The notes under the pieces are model-generated. The model was not told the origin of the DNA and made no database searches. It was given only the letters and a program-made list of their open reading frames with translations. Below are positions 12,308 to 25,791 of a DNA stretch of 64,000 nucleotides, in pieces. How positions within the stretch are numbered: the stretch's first letter is position 1; every line of letters begins with the position of its first letter. Origin of the DNA: Octopus sinensis (lineage: Eukaryota); assembly GCF_006345805.1 (NCBI RefSeq), contig NC_043008.1:62930001-62994000 (forward strand), given 5' to 3'. The position numbers and the translations under genes were made by a program.

Positions 12308-12592
12308 CCTTGTTTTTTGTTCCTTCTCGAGCCATACCTGGCTTATAAAGGCCAGTTTCCCCACTTGGACGGGATGCCGGTCCATCGCAGATGAGCTGCA
12401 AGATGCAGGAGGAAAGAGTGAGAGAAAGTTGTGGTGAAAGAGTCAGCAGAAGTTTGCCATTACCTTCTGCCGGAGCCTCGTGGAGCTTAGGTGTTTCGCT
12501 CATAAATACACACATCGGCCGGTCTGAGATTCAAACCTGCGATCCTTCGACCGCGAGTTTGCTGCTCTAACCACTAGACCCTGTGCCTCCAC
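12308..12592 (-). mobile_element. tRNA-derived SINE family 3 variant
   Basis: Reverse complement of gaggcacagggtctagtggttagagcagcaaactcgcggtcgaaggatcgcaggtttgaatc..., sharing the body with the 9886 and 26224 copies. Confidence 0.8.
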
Positions 12593-13424
12593 ATGAGGTG
12601 GATACACCAAATAATCATGGTTTTTATGTATATGGGACAGCAAAAGCAGGGTTAAACATTGAGTGATCAAAGAATAGCTGCAGTGAACATTAGTTCCAGG
12701 ATCTTTTAATGTGTTTAAAGAAACTTTAGCTCAAATGGGATAAAATCATCCTACCTCCACGCCATATCTAATCACTTTGTTAAAGCTCTAGATAAATACT
12801 GTAAATCCTTGAGTATAATCTGCATGTTTTCCCAAAATTTAAAAGTCAAAATCTCTAATGCATACTAAAAACGAGGTTAAAAATGAAAATTATTTTCTAA
12901 GCAATGTTCAAGTCTCTATTTGCTATCTGGCTATGTTTATTCAGACACATTTTGTGATGTCGAGTGCAAACATACCTTAACTTAAGCCTGAAAGCTATGA
13001 AGTCATAAAAGAATCATCCATAACTTACAGCAAGCAACATTTATTAAACGTTATTACTGTTATTACTGTTATTTCTTTATTTTCTGCAAACAAAATACAC
13101 AAAAAAGCTACAAGTTTGCATTATGTTATATATATAATAATAATAAAGGATTTTACCATATACATTTTTACAAACCAAGGACATTATACAGACCTCCTTG
13201 ACTCAAATGCGAGAAGGGGTGCATATTATACACAAGGTTTAGGTTTTTCAGAGGCACAGCCCCCTAAAAATCCTCTGCATGTTATACTCAAGGGCAGAAT
13301 TTACTCGAAGATTTATGGTATGGGCTATGCTAACACTGTAACTGCAGTACATTTCTCAGTCTGAGCAAAGGAAAGATAAAAGATGGAGTATTTGAAGGGT
13401 CTCAAATCATAAAATTGATGACAG

Positions 13425-13513
13425 ATGGGGATTTTGTAAGTTGGGGATTTTGTAAGATGGGGATTTTGTAAGAATGGGGATTTTGGAATAGGGAACAGAT
13501 GGGGTTTTGTAAG
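13425..13513 (+). repeat. 15-16-bp tandem repeat (tggggattttgtaag) x~5
   Basis: Read directly from the sequence. Confidence 0.85.
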
Positions 13514-13621
13514 AATACCACGCTGCTGCATTGAAGCAGTGTGGTATTCTTATTCATCATCATCATCATCATCATCGTTTAACATCCATTTTCCGTGCTA
13601 GCACAGGTGGGATGGAGTTGG

Positions 13622-14200
13622 ACATTTGTAGTAATTATAAATGACTTTCTGGGCAACAAGAAAGCAACCATCCATGCCAAAATAGTTAACAATATGCAGG
13701 AGGACTTTCAAAAGCTGAGAGAAAATATGACCATAAAACTGCACTATCTCCAAAGGCACTTTGATAAATTCTCTGGAAGTCTTGGAGGCACAAATGATGA
13801 GCTGGCTGAACGTTTCCATCAGAACATAATGTCAATGGAACAAAATTATTAAGGCAGATGGGTCTTGCCTATGATAGTGGATTATCACTGGAACTTAAGC
13901 TTCTGATTTTCCTGGGATTTAGCATTCAAGAAAATCATTGAAGCACAAATTCATGGAAAATTAGGCATAAACAATGATGTAACTTGTCAGCAGAAGTTTT
14001 GAGATTTTATTAGATTTTCAGAAGAATTTTAAGAAAATATTGTGATTTTGAAGAAAAAAAAAAACAGTTTCTATGTATTTTTGAAAGTTATGCCTCGTTC
14101 CTCATGAGCTGTTTTATTGGAAAAAACCAGGAAATTCTACGGATCTTAAAATCTTGACATGAGGGTAATAAATGGATGTCATTCTCAGCTTCTGAGTGAA
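13622..14200 (+). mobile_element. CMC/Chapaev3-like DNA transposon relic (transposase C-terminus); an inverted terminal piece of the same type lies at about 12135-12235
   Basis: FLGNKKA...MTIKLHYLQRHFDKFSGSLGGTNDELAERFHQNIMSMEQNY*GRWVLPMIVDYHW resembles the MSLKIHFLHSHLDFFPENLGAVSDEHGERFHQDI..ME.RYQG.W...M..DYCW motif. The superfamily assignment is from memory. Confidence 0.65.
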
Positions 14201-14604
14201 ACAAAAAATAGATAAATAAATAAATAAATAAAAACCCTATTTCAGGTCCAAATTGTTTTCATTGGCTTGAGTAATTAATTCTTGGAAATGACTACTTCTA
14301 CTGATTTTGTTTGTATTTTTTCTTCTATTTTTCATTATAACTGAGCTTGACAATACATAAGGATAAAATTGTATGACTGCATACTTAATTATTAAGTTAA
14401 CAACTAAGTTTTTTCAAGATGAGCCATAACTGTTTAACAGTAATTAAAATTAGACATGTATAAACTGAAGAATATACAGTATAAATTATACACTATAAGC
14501 ACAGATATGGCTGTGTAATTAAGCTTCATGATCATATGACTTGGAGTTCAGCCCCACTATGTAGTGATTTTTGTCACAGACTCAGGCCAAACAATATATA
14601 TATA

Positions 14605-14985
14605 TGGCTGTATGGTAAGTAGCTTGCTTGTGAACCACATGGTTCCAGGTTCAATCCCACTGCATGCCATCATGGGCAAGTGTCTTCTACTATAGCCTCG
14701 GGCTGACCAAAGCCTTGTGAGTGGATTTGGTAGACGGAAACTGAAAGAAGCCTGTTGTATATACGTATATATGTGTTTGTGTGTCTGTGTTTGTCTCCAC
14801 CTCCCCAACATCGCTTGACAACTGATGCTGGTGTGTTTACGTCCCTGTAACTTAGCAGTTCAGCAAAGAGACCGATAGAATAAGTACTAGGCTTACAAAA
14901 AATAAGTCCTGGGGTTGATTTCTTCGATTAAAAAGCGGTGCTCCAGCATGGCCACAGTCAAATGACTAAAACAAGTAAAAGAGTA
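14605..14985 (+). mobile_element. tRNA-derived SINE family 1
   Basis: ggctgtatggtaagtagcttg...ggttccaggttcaatccc head, body gggcaagtgtcttctactatagcc, tail gaaacaagtaaaagagt-like. Confidence 0.88.
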
Positions 14986-14995
14986 TATATATCAT

Positions 14996-15180
14996 CATCA
15001 TCATCATCGTCATCATCGTTTAATGTCCGTTATCCATGCTAGCATGGGTTGGACGGTTCAACTGGGGTCTGCGAAGTCAGGAGGCTGCACCAGGCCCCAG
15101 TCTGGTCTGGCAGTATTTCTACAGTTGGATGCCCTTCCTAATGCCAACCACTCTGAGTGTGTCGTGAGTGCTTTTTATAC
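14996..15180 (-). mobile_element. RTE 3'-end fragment with (GAT)n tail
   Basis: Matches 279-430 (ttaacgtccgctttccatgctagcatgggttggacgg...ggatgcccttcctaa). Confidence 0.85.
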
Positions 15181-15234
15181 TAGCAGAGATACCCGGTCTT
15201 GCTTGGGATTAAAATGGCATAGTCTTTTTAATGT

Positions 15235-15525
15235 TATACTTGTTTCAGTCAGGTGACTGTGGCCATGCTGGAGCACTGCCATTAGTCGAAGAAATCGACC
15301 ACAAGATTTATCATTTGTAAACCTAGTACTTATTTATTCAGTGTCTTTTACTGAACTGCTAAGTTATGGGAATGTAAAGACAACAATATCAGTTGACAAG
15401 CAATGGTGGGAGTACAAACACAGACACACACACACAAACACAAACGTGCACAAATATACACATGTATATGACAGTCTTCTTTCAGTTTACATTTACGAAA
15501 TCAGCACACTAGGCTTTAGACTGCC
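15235..15525 (-). mobile_element. SINE family 1 (partial)
   Basis: ttatacttgtttcagtc...gctggagcac...agtacttatt, the reverse complement of the family 1 3' half. Confidence 0.75.
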
Positions 15526-15536
15526 TGACGCTATAT

Positions 15537-15578
<42 letters not shown>

Positions 15579-15861
15579 CATGTGCATGTATGCATGTGTG
15601 TGTGTGTGTTTATATGCATGTGTGTGTGTGTACCAGCATGCATGTGTGTATGTACATATGCCTTTGTCTTTGTGTCTCACCAACTGGCCACCTGTATCAG
15701 TTTGTTTATGTCTCCATAAATTAGCAGTTCAGCAAAAGAGACTGATAGAATAAGTACTAAGGTTACAAAGAATAAGTCCTGGGGTTGATTTGTTTGACTA
15801 AAAGGCAGTGCTTCAGCATGGCTGCAGTCAAATGACTGAAACAAATATATATATATATATA

Positions 15862-16390
15862 TCATCATCATCATCATCATCGTTTAACATTCGCTTTCCA
15901 TGCTAGCATGGGTTGGACGATTTTGGCTGAGGGCTGGCAAACCAGATGTCTGCACCAGGATCCAATCTTGATCTGGTAGAGTTTCTACAGCTGGATGCCC
16001 TTCCTAATGCCAACCACTCCAAGAGTCTAGTGGGTGCTTTTTATGTGCCACCGGCATGAGGGCCAGTCAGGCAGTTCTGGCAATGACCTCACTCAAATCT
16101 TTTTACACATGTCACTGGCACAGGTGCCAATAAGGCGACGTTGGTAACGATCACGCTCAAATAGTGCCTTTTACGTGCCACTGGCATGGAAGCCCGTTAG
16201 CCACTCTGGCAACAATCACGCTCAAATGGTACTCTTAATACCCTACTAGCATGGGCACAAGTGCCAGTAAGGTGACGCTGGTAATGATCACACTCAAATG
16301 GGGCCTTTTATGTGCCCCTGGCATGGAAGCCGGTTAGCTGCTCTGTCAACGATCACACTCGTATGGTGCTCTTTGCACCCCACAAGCACA
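15862..16390 (-). mobile_element. RTE-type 3' UTR fragment (sister subfamily) with internal ~100-bp tandem duplication
   Basis: (CAT)n-ttaacattcgctttccatgctagcatgggttggacg start. The unit ggtgccaataaggcgacgttggtaacgatcacgctcaaa...gcatggaagcc occurs twice. Confidence 0.75.
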
Positions 16391-16410
16391 GTCATCGAAT
16401 TTGATATATA

Positions 16411-16813
16411 TTACTCTTTTACTCTTTTACTTGTTTCAGTCATTTGACTGCGGCCATGCTGGAGCACCGCCTTTAGTCGAGCAAATCGACCCCGGGACTT
16501 ATTCTTTGTAAGCCCAGTACTTATTCTATCGGTCTCTTTTGCCAAACCGCTAAGTTGCGGGGACGTAAACACACCAGCATCGATTGTCAAGCAATGCTAG
16601 GGGGACAAACACACACACATACACACACACATATATATATGCATATATACGACGGGCTTCTTTCAGTTTCCGTCTACCAAATCCACTCACAAGGCATTGG
16701 TTGGCCCGGGGCTATAGCAGAAGACACTTGCCCAAGATGCCATGCAGTGGGACTGAACCCGGAACCATGTGGTTGGTTAGCAAGCTACTTACCACACAGC
16801 CACTCCTGCGCCT
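16411..16813 (-). mobile_element. tRNA-derived SINE family 1 (full length)
   Basis: Head aggcgcaggagtggctgtgtggtaagtagcttgctaaccaaccacatggttccgggttcagtccc, internal (GT)/(AT) run, tail (aaaagagt)n. Confidence 0.9.
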
Positions 16814-17040
16814 AAAGATAATGAGGTTTCATGTTAATCTTCAATTCTAGCAACTTAGCACTTTGCAGAGAAGATGTGTATTGAAAAGGATCAGAGATAA
16901 AGAGGGAGAAAGAGAAAGAAATTGGACAAAATTCAGCGGGTGGGGGGGGCGGGGATGGATAAGACACAAGTATTAAGATGATGGATAGAAGAATCATGTT
17001 AAATGTAGAAAAGCATAATATACACATTAATTTCAAAATT

Positions 17041-17136
17041 TATCACCATCATCATCATAATCATCACCATCGTCATTACCATCATCCCCACCATCAGCAT
17101 CATTATCAATATCATCATCATCATCATCGTCATCAA

Positions 17137-17180
<44 letters not shown>

Positions 17181-17260
17181 CCATTATCTTCATCATCATC
17201 ATCTTCATCAACATCAATGCCATTATCCTCATCATTATCATCATCGTAATCATTCTCATT
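17041..17260 (+). repeat. Imperfect (CAT)n microsatellite
   Basis: Read directly. It produces the spurious poly-His, poly-Asp and poly-Met ORFs. Confidence 0.95.
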
Positions 17261-18481
17261 AAAATCCATAGCCTAAAGAAACCCCCATCTTCCTGGTGCA
17301 ACATATCCCTTCCAAATTTCATGGTAATCAACATCTGACATCATCCTACCACTTCACTCCATCCCTCTTTTCTACAGTCTCTCTCTCCATCCATCCCTTT
17401 CTCAACCACCCAATTTATAGTCTTTCTATGCTTCTGTCACCAATGACTTGTTCCTGCACAACTACAGTCATTTGATTTACCATGCCATGCAGTTCTGTTA
17501 TATGACTAAACCATTTCACTCCACCAATTGACATGAGTGTTTGTCGCTTTACAGTCTTCTTAACAATTTCCTTTCTAATACTCCTGTTTGTTTGATGTTC
17601 TGAATTCTTAGGAGCAGAAATAATTGCAATATATTAGAAGAGGCAAAGCGATTAGATCTTCTGATAAATAAAAAATCTACTGCAAAATACATTGTGATCT
17701 ATCGCTAAACATATAATAGTGAATTATCCAAAAGCTAGACAATTATATGACACAACATTGAAGGATCAGATGTTTCAGTTGTAGATGAGATATCAGAGCA
17801 TATTCAAAAATATTTGCTTCCAGCATTTCCTAGAAGCCACTTCACAGATTAGTAATTAGCAACTCTACTGCCAAAGCCTTCTATTTATGCCAAAATTTTC
17901 CTCACAGCATCACCTTGTATGTAGATGGCTCTCCATGGTTTTCAGCAATAAATTTTACACATGCTCTTACTAGTTTAATTACACAGATCTTACTAGTTTA
18001 ATTAGCTTTCAAGTGGTTGTATTCTCCAAAGGCATTTGTACCTTAAATTAATTCTCAGAGAGAATTATTATAACAATTATAAACGTGTGTGATAATTCTG
18101 GTCATTTAAATTACAGATGCAGTGCAACTGATTGGCTTACAAGCAGTTTCTGTTAACCCACTTTTACTCACATGGCTTAGATCCACCTAAAATTAGGTTA
18201 AAAAACAACTTGTCCAAGATGCTATATAGCATGTTTGAATCCAGGAGCTCCTCATTGCAAACTAATTTCATAACCAGTGAATCCTGGTGACATTAATCTT
18301 GCATATACACAGGTTGGATACAAGAAGAGCATCCAATCATAAAAAGACTACCTCAAATAATATCCTGTCCAAAAATCCTTCCAAGTATGGGACAATGTAC
18401 TTTAAATAAAAGAGCAAATAAGCAACAGATCTGAAACTTTCTATTATTTTAAATTTATATTTATAACATTTAATTACCTGA

Positions 18482-18649
18482 AATAGGCGCAGGAGTGGGT
18501 GTGTGGTAAGTAGATTGCTAACCAACCACATGTTTCTGGGTTCAGTCCCACTGCGTGGCATCTTGGGCAAGTGTCTTCTGCTATAGCCCCGGGCCGACCA
18601 ATGCCTTGTGAGTGGATTTGGTAGACGGAAACTGAAAGAAGCCTGGATG

Positions 18650-18718
<69 letters not shown>

Positions 18719-18935
18719 TTGTGTGTCTGTGTTTGTCCCCCTAGCATTGCTTGACAACTGATGCTGGTGTGTTTACGTCCCCGTCACTTAGCGGTTCGGC
18801 AAAAGAGACTGATAGAATAAGTACTGGGCTTACAAAGAATAAGTCCCAAAGTCGATTTGCTCGACTAAAGGCGGTGCTCCAGCATGGCCGCAGTCAAAAT
18901 GACTGAAACAAGTAAAAGAGTGAGTAAAAAGAGTA
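18482..18935 (+). mobile_element. tRNA-derived SINE family 1 (full length)
   Basis: Same head, body and tail as the 16411-16813 copy, opposite orientation. Confidence 0.9.
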
Positions 18936-19344
18936 ACATTATTTTGCTATATTGCCAAATTCAGTTATTTATCTACAATAAATCCTCAACACTTTCTCTC
19001 TAGCTTATTCAGTTTATGTGAATAGATACTTCCACTGGGCATAGCTGTGTGGTTAAGAAGTTTCCTTTTGAACCTCATGATTTTAAACCCCATTCTGTAG
19101 TACCTTGGGCAAGTGAATTCTACTATACCTTGTGCCAACCTAAGCTGCGTGAGTGAATTTGGTTGGTGGAAAAAGAAAGAAGCCTATCACATGAAATACT
19201 CATGTGTTTGTGTTTCCTTGTTTTGACACCAGGTAATACTTGCAAACAAGCATCACTTTCATACAAGCAGTTTCCTTTGTTTCCAATCTGGCATTAAAAC
19301 ATGTCCAGCCATGAATAATATTATTTTGCTTAGAAATAGGTAAG

Positions 19345-19890
19345 GATTGTCAAAAGGCTGTAGAAAATCAGACAATAAATGTGAACGGTGGTTCCAGAAA
19401 TTTCAAACTGGAAACTATGGTCAAGAAGACAAGCCTCATCCTGGAAGATCTGTAGAGTTTGACAAGGACGTCCTGCAAATCCTGGCAGAACAAACTCTCA
19501 TTGCAATTGTTGAGGAACTAGCAGAGAAGCTTGGATTTGTTCATTCAACCATTCATCAATACCTATGGAAAATGACCGTCTTTGGTTTCAAGATGAAAGG
19601 TGTTCTTCCATCACAATAATGTTTGGCCACATACAGCAAGGATGACATTCCAAAGGCTGGAGCAGTGTGAATGGGAAACGATGCTCTGCCCACCATATTC
19701 ACCAGAGAGTGCCCCATTTTATTATCATTTTTTTTCGCAGTCTTCAAAATCATTTGGATGGAAAAAATATGAATTCTGTAGACAAGGTCAAAACAGTACT
19801 GGAGGAGCGTTTTTTTTATCACAGACAAGTGAAATTTGGAAGAGGAGCCTTGCAAGTCTACCAGATATATACATAAAGAAATATGCTTAA
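19345..19890 (+). mobile_element. Degraded mariner transposase
   Basis: RWFQKFQTGNYGQEDKPHPGRSVEFD...EELAEKLGFVHSTIHQYL (HTH region) and FHHNNVWPHTA...PPYSPESAPFYYHFF.SLQNHLDGK (decayed HDNARPH and YSPDLAPSD motifs). Confidence 0.85.
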
Positions 19891-20519
19891 ATTTATTGAA
19901 ATTTGATTTGTAAGTGAAATACAATGAAACCATTGACAGTTAGAAAAGTTAGAAAATCTGCCTCAAGTAATTCCATCTGAAGAAACAGTGGACATCAATC
20001 AATGGAATGATGAAGCATTGTTTACTGGGCACTTCAGAAAGCACAGATTCTGAAACATTTAAGATAAAAAAAATAGCTCCTTCAAAAACTCATGGCATGA
20101 AGGTTCCTGTAAAATTGATGAAAGCTTGGCAATACCTGAAGAAGATAAAATTTTTAAATCATTGACTTTAAATTTGCAGACCACCAACCAAATGATAACA
20201 GAAACAACCACTATGACCATTCCTTATATATTCTTGCACACCATCACATCACGGAACATTAACAAACAGAATCTTCCTTTTTTTAAGGTGTCAATTGATA
20301 GATATTTGACTATTATAGCAGTTATTTCCTGTTGCAGTTATTTCCTGTTGCTTACCCTAAAAAAAGGCTCTAGTCAAGAAGATTCATCATCAAATAATCA
20401 AACACACTACTCTTATGACCATCACTACATATTTAACAGCATGCTGTCACTCCACACAATACTGGTTATAAACTTTGGTTCAAGGCCAACAATTTTGTGG
20501 AAGGGGATGAGTCGATTAC

Positions 20520-21090
20520 ATTGACCCCAGTATTCAAGTGGTACTTATTTTATCGAACTCGAAAAAAAAAACAAAAGGCAAAATCACAACCTCAGTGGAA
20601 TTTGAACTCAGAATGTAAAGACAGATGAAATATCACTAAGCATTTCACCTAGTGTGCAAACATTCCTTATTTCTTTATTGCCCACAAGGGGCTAAACATA
20701 GAGGGGACAAACAAGCACAGACAAAGGGATTATGTTGGTTACATCGATCCCAGATCGTAACTGGTACTTAATTTATTGACTCTGAAAGGATGAAAGGCAA
20801 AGCCGACCTCGGAATTTGAACTTAGAACCTAACGGCAGATGAAATACCGCTAAGCATTTCACCTGGCATTCTAATGTTTCTGCCAGCTCACCGCCTTCAC
20901 CCCACTTTTGTGGGGAGGGAGCAAGTTGATTAGATCGACTCCAGTATACAACTGGCACTTAATTTATCGATCCCAAAAGGATGAAAAGCAAAGTTGACCA
21001 TGGCAGAATTTTGACTCAGAACTTAAAGACAGACGAAGTACCGATAAACATTTCACCTGGTATGCTAACATTTCTGACAGCTCACCGCCT
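20520..21090 (-). mobile_element. Cluster of three SINE family 2 copies (tRNA head + conserved central domain gcctttcatcctttcggggtcgataaattaagtaccag)
   Basis: The head aaggcggtgagctggcagaaacgttag...gttcaaattcc (A/B boxes) is repeated. The 20667-20897 copy ends in the LINE-like tail ...ttgtgggcaataaagaaata. Confidence 0.85.
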
Positions 21091-21589
21091 TCATCCCACT
21101 CAATATTAACCAATATAATGTGCCCTTTTATTCATAAGGTGTCAATTAAGAGAGAATTTATTGTTGCTTCTAGCAGATTAAATAACCATGTAGAAGCTCC
21201 TTCGTCAGCTAGTACACGTGTGAGTGAATATATTTGATATTGTAATAACATTCTGATAGTATTTTCCATGTTATATAACATTTATCTGTATGTCTAGATT
21301 TCACCAAAGAAGTGTTAACATCATCTCATTGTTGATTTAGCTTGTATAATCAATTTTATTCATGTTACCAAAGTTATTTTGTGACACATACAACAGTTTT
21401 CACTGGTTTTCCAAGTTTTTTTTTCTCTATTTAATTTCTGTATGATTTTTTTCTAATCTATTTTTTGTTAGAAAGGTGATTATTTTTTTTTAGTTCAGTA
21501 TTTGTTGTTTGAGGTTGTATTTATTGATTTTGATGCAATATATAAAATGCACTCACTACACAAATATACACCCACCTACCCACGAGCCC

Positions 21590-21612
21590 ACCCACATATA
21601 CATATATACATA

Positions 21613-21651
<39 letters not shown>

Positions 21652-21714
21652 CCACACACACGCACACATACATATATACTTATATATGCATACATGTTTA
21701 CATATGTATATATG

Positions 21715-21758
<44 letters not shown>

Positions 21759-21908
21759 ACATAAATACATATATATACATACATTTATATATATACATAT
21801 ATATACATATATATACATTTATATATATACATATATATACATATCATCGATGATGATGATCATGATGATGATATACATATATATACATATATATACATTT
21901 ATATATAA

Positions 21909-21952
<44 letters not shown>

Positions 21953-22127
21953 TATATATTATATATATATATACATACATAATATATATATATATATATA
22001 TATATACATACATACATATATATTATATACATACATATATATATATATAATATATATATATACATATACATATATATATATATATACATACATACATATA
22101 TACATATATATATATATACATACATAC

Positions 22128-22162
<35 letters not shown>

Positions 22163-22440
22163 ATATATACATACATACATATATATATACATATATATAC
22201 ATATATATATACATAAATATATATATACATATATACATATGTGTATATATACATACACACACACATATATATATACATACACACACACATATATATATAT
22301 ATATATGCATATATATATATGCATATATACATATATATATACACACACACATATATATATACATATATATACATATATACATAGATACAAATATATATAT
22401 CTATATATATATATGCATGCATATTTATATATTATATACC
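21590..22440. repeat. ~850-bp compound (TA)/(CA)/(TACA) microsatellite
   Basis: Read directly. Source of many YI-repeat ORFs. Confidence 0.97.
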
Positions 22441-23280
22441 ATAAGCATCAATATACTTATTGCTGTTGTTACACATATGTATATTTATGCACTGTATAAA
22501 AAGGTTATGTAAACAAAGACATCCTTACAACATATGTAGATCTAAGGGCACTTTTTTCAGAGGCAAAAGAAATATGATCAAAACCATTGCATTTGTAATT
22601 CATTTGTAAAATAAATCCGTGAAAATATTAGCATTGTTCTGGCCAATATGTGGTGCCGTTTCTCTTATCTTTTAAAAATGATACGATGAATGTCTCTTTT
22701 TTTTTTTTTTTTTTTTTGTTCGTTTTTGGCAATTTCACTAAAATGTATTTCTGATATGAAACTGGGACAGACATACACACTTCAAATGTATTTGAACTTT
22801 TGTTTGTACCCTGAGAGTTTTTGTTTTATTAACACTTTATACATTAATATAATTTACCACCTAGGAAATAAAGCATTTTGTTACCATTGTGCAGAAATAT
22901 GTGTGTGTGTGTGTGTTCACAAGATGATAGGTTTCGGTCGGCTTTTGGCAAACGCTGTGCGAAAAAGTGTGATTCTTCATTGAGACAATACACTGCACTT
23001 TCTCATCTTTCCTATGATTTGTGGTTATTATCGGTATTATGGAAGGAGATAGTCACAAGTAAATTTACTACATGAAGATCAATGGCTTCTGTAGTGACTC
23101 AGAGAAGTCTTGAGATTTATAGCGTATTTTCATTTCATTTTGTATATATGTATGTAAAGTGTACAGCCATGATCTCACATTTCCATCTTATATTGTATTA
23201 TCTTCTTCTTTTACTTTTCATTTTGTTCAGAAATAAACTCTTCTCCGTGAATCAGAAAACACTATTTATATATGTGTGTG

Positions 23281-23338
<58 letters not shown>

Positions 23339-23506
23339 ATATATATATATATATATATGTATGTGTATATGTATATGCATATGTATATATATATATATAG
23401 AGATATATGTATATGTTTGTGTGAGTGTGTATGCATGCGTGCCTCTGTGTGTGTGTGTATGCATATATGTACATGTGTGTGTGTGGGGGTGTGCATGTGT
23501 TTGATC

Positions 23507-23990
23507 ACCATCATCATTTGATGGTCGTCTTCCATGCTGGCATCGTTTGGATGGTTTGACAGAAGAGCTGCCAAGCCAGAGGACTGCACCAAACTCCACT
23601 GTCTGTTTTGGCATGGATTTTTTTAGCTGGATACACTTCCTAATGACAATCACTTTAAAGGGTGGACTGGGTGCTTTTTACACGGCACCAGCACCAGTAA
23701 GATCTGCATGGTTTTTACATCTGGATGCCCTTCCAAATGCCAGTTACTTTACAGTGTGGACGGAATGCTTTTTATGTGGTAACAGCACTAGCAAGGTCAT
23801 CATCATCAGTAACTTGTAAACAAAGATTCTTTGAGAGGGGAGGGGGCATTGGAGGAGGTGGCTTTGTGCCAGGTAATGGAAGATTAGAGTATGACAGGGG
23901 GACAGAAACAGGCGTCTTGCTGTACAGGAGATACATGGTTACCCTAATCAGAGGGGGAGAAAGGCAGTGGTGGTGAAAGAAAGCAAGAAT
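23507..23990 (-). mobile_element. Old RTE-type 3' UTR fragment
   Basis: Diverged match to the (CAT)n-tccatgctggcat...ctggatgcccttcc motif, present in duplicate. Confidence 0.6.
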
Positions 23991-24654
23991 GAAGGTGACA
24001 ATGTGCTAGGGTATGCTCTCAAGGTACAGGGATGAAAATATAAATGGGATGTTAAAGCATTTCTGAGGGTGCATGAGTAGGGAGTTCACATGTAGGGAAG
24101 GAGGTGGAATGCAGTGGCTGGGGAAACCTGGGTATATAGAGGGTGGTATAGAGGGCAGGAAGGACAAAATTAGGTTGCAGAGTGGAGTGGGAGAGATAAG
24201 CTTAGTGCATGAAAAAAAGGAAATGTGAGAAAGAGGAGATGTAGTTTGGTTTATTGGGGTTGGGTGTGTGAAAAATATAATGTTACATAAGGGTGGAGAC
24301 ACACAGCGGTTCCAGAACTCAATTTCCCTGAAGTGAGCAGATCTTCTCAATGACCACATATCACCAACCATCTCAGTTCCTTGTCATCACCTCCATGAGA
24401 TCCAATACCTGCCGTCCAAGAATTTGGACCTGGAGATATCCATTTCCAGCGACTTTGAGGGCCACCTCCCAGTGGTGTCGGGCATCAACGAAGAGCCCTC
24501 GGCTAGAACAAGACAACCAAAGTTTTTTTTCTTTTTTCCTAGGTCTGGGGTCTCCCGCTCCTAAGCCCTAGACCATCACCTAATCCCCCTTACTCATCTC
24601 GTTGCTTAACAACAACACCACCAACAACAAAGATCCAATATCTTGAGATCAGTC

Positions 24655-24915
24655 CTCAATGCACTTCTTTATACAGATGTCCTCATTCAAATGCATCACA
24701 TATCCAAACCAATACAGTCTTCTTTCTTCCTTGCTGCATCTGATTCCTCTTATACCCAACTTTTCTCTCATCACATTTGCACTTTGTCATACAGGTACGC
24801 TGATGTTGCACATCCATCAGAGCATACTAGCTTTATTCCTCTCATGCTGTCTGCATTCAGAACCCATGTTTCACTACCTTGGAATGCATTTCTTTATTGA
24901 AGCTTTTACCTTTCT
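24655..24915 (-). mobile_element. Old RTE ORF2 C-terminal fragment
   Basis: Minus strand ASML*WMCNISV...REKLGIRGIRCSKEERRLYWFGYV aligns with ASMLRWMCNVSV...REKLNLRSVSCGVQERRLCWYGHV of the 5006 ORF. Confidence 0.75.
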
Positions 24916-24939
24916 TTTGCTAGTCTCATTTGCTAAGAT

Positions 24940-25176
24940 ATATATTTCTTTATTGCTCACAAGGGGCTAAACATAGAGGGGATAAACAAGGACAGACAAA
25001 GGGATTAAGTCGATTACATCGACCCCAGTGCGTAACTGGTACTTATTTAATCAACCCCGAAAGGATAAAAGGCAAAGTCAATCTCGGCGGAATTTGAACT
25101 CAGAACGTAGCGGCAGACGAAATACGGCTACGCATTTCGCCCAGCGTTCTAACGGTTCTGCCAGCTCGCCGCCTTA
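24940..25176 (-). mobile_element. SINE family 2 (full length, LINE-like tail)
   Basis: aaggcggcgagctggcagaaccgttagaacgctggg head, conserved central domain, tail ...ccccttgtgagcaataaagaaata. Confidence 0.88.
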
Positions 25177-25791
25177 ATGCTAGTCTCATTTGCTAAGATA
25201 TAACTTATATTTCACCAACTGCTACAGGTAACATGCCTCACCTGCTGATGTATATATTTTATCAGGGAAAAATCATTTAATTTCAGTCGCTTCATCACTT
25301 CAATACAATATTATCATTTTTGTTAATCAGTGGTATAGAATGTACCAAATACATGAAATGAACTGACTAAAACTGGTTGGAAACTGCCAAAACTGGATGG
25401 TAGCTCGCAGCTGCCATAATTACCAGGTAGACACTCAACATATTCAGAAGCATGCCAGTCTCGAATGGGATGAAACATGCATATCTATGCACTCTCTTCC
25501 CCCCTCTCTCCCCCCTCGCTCTCCCTCCCTCTCTCTCTTTCTCTCTCTCAGCTGATAGCAGTTGATGGTCATCTCTGATGATCATAGTCGGCTAAGATGT
25601 GTATGAGTAATTATAATTATCATAGCCTTCAATTTTAAGTTTTAATTGGAACTGGAAGGTCATCCATAATTAAAATCAATTACAATTACATATATCTAAT
25701 TAGTGAGGCCAAATGTAGGCATTAATATGTAGTTTATATATGAATGCAATACTAGATATCATTTACAATTATGTCATTAATTGTAACGTAT

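Noticed and set aside
21502-22499. Long YI/CV-repeat ORFs here and at 56563-59207
   Set aside because: Dinucleotide microsatellite translations.
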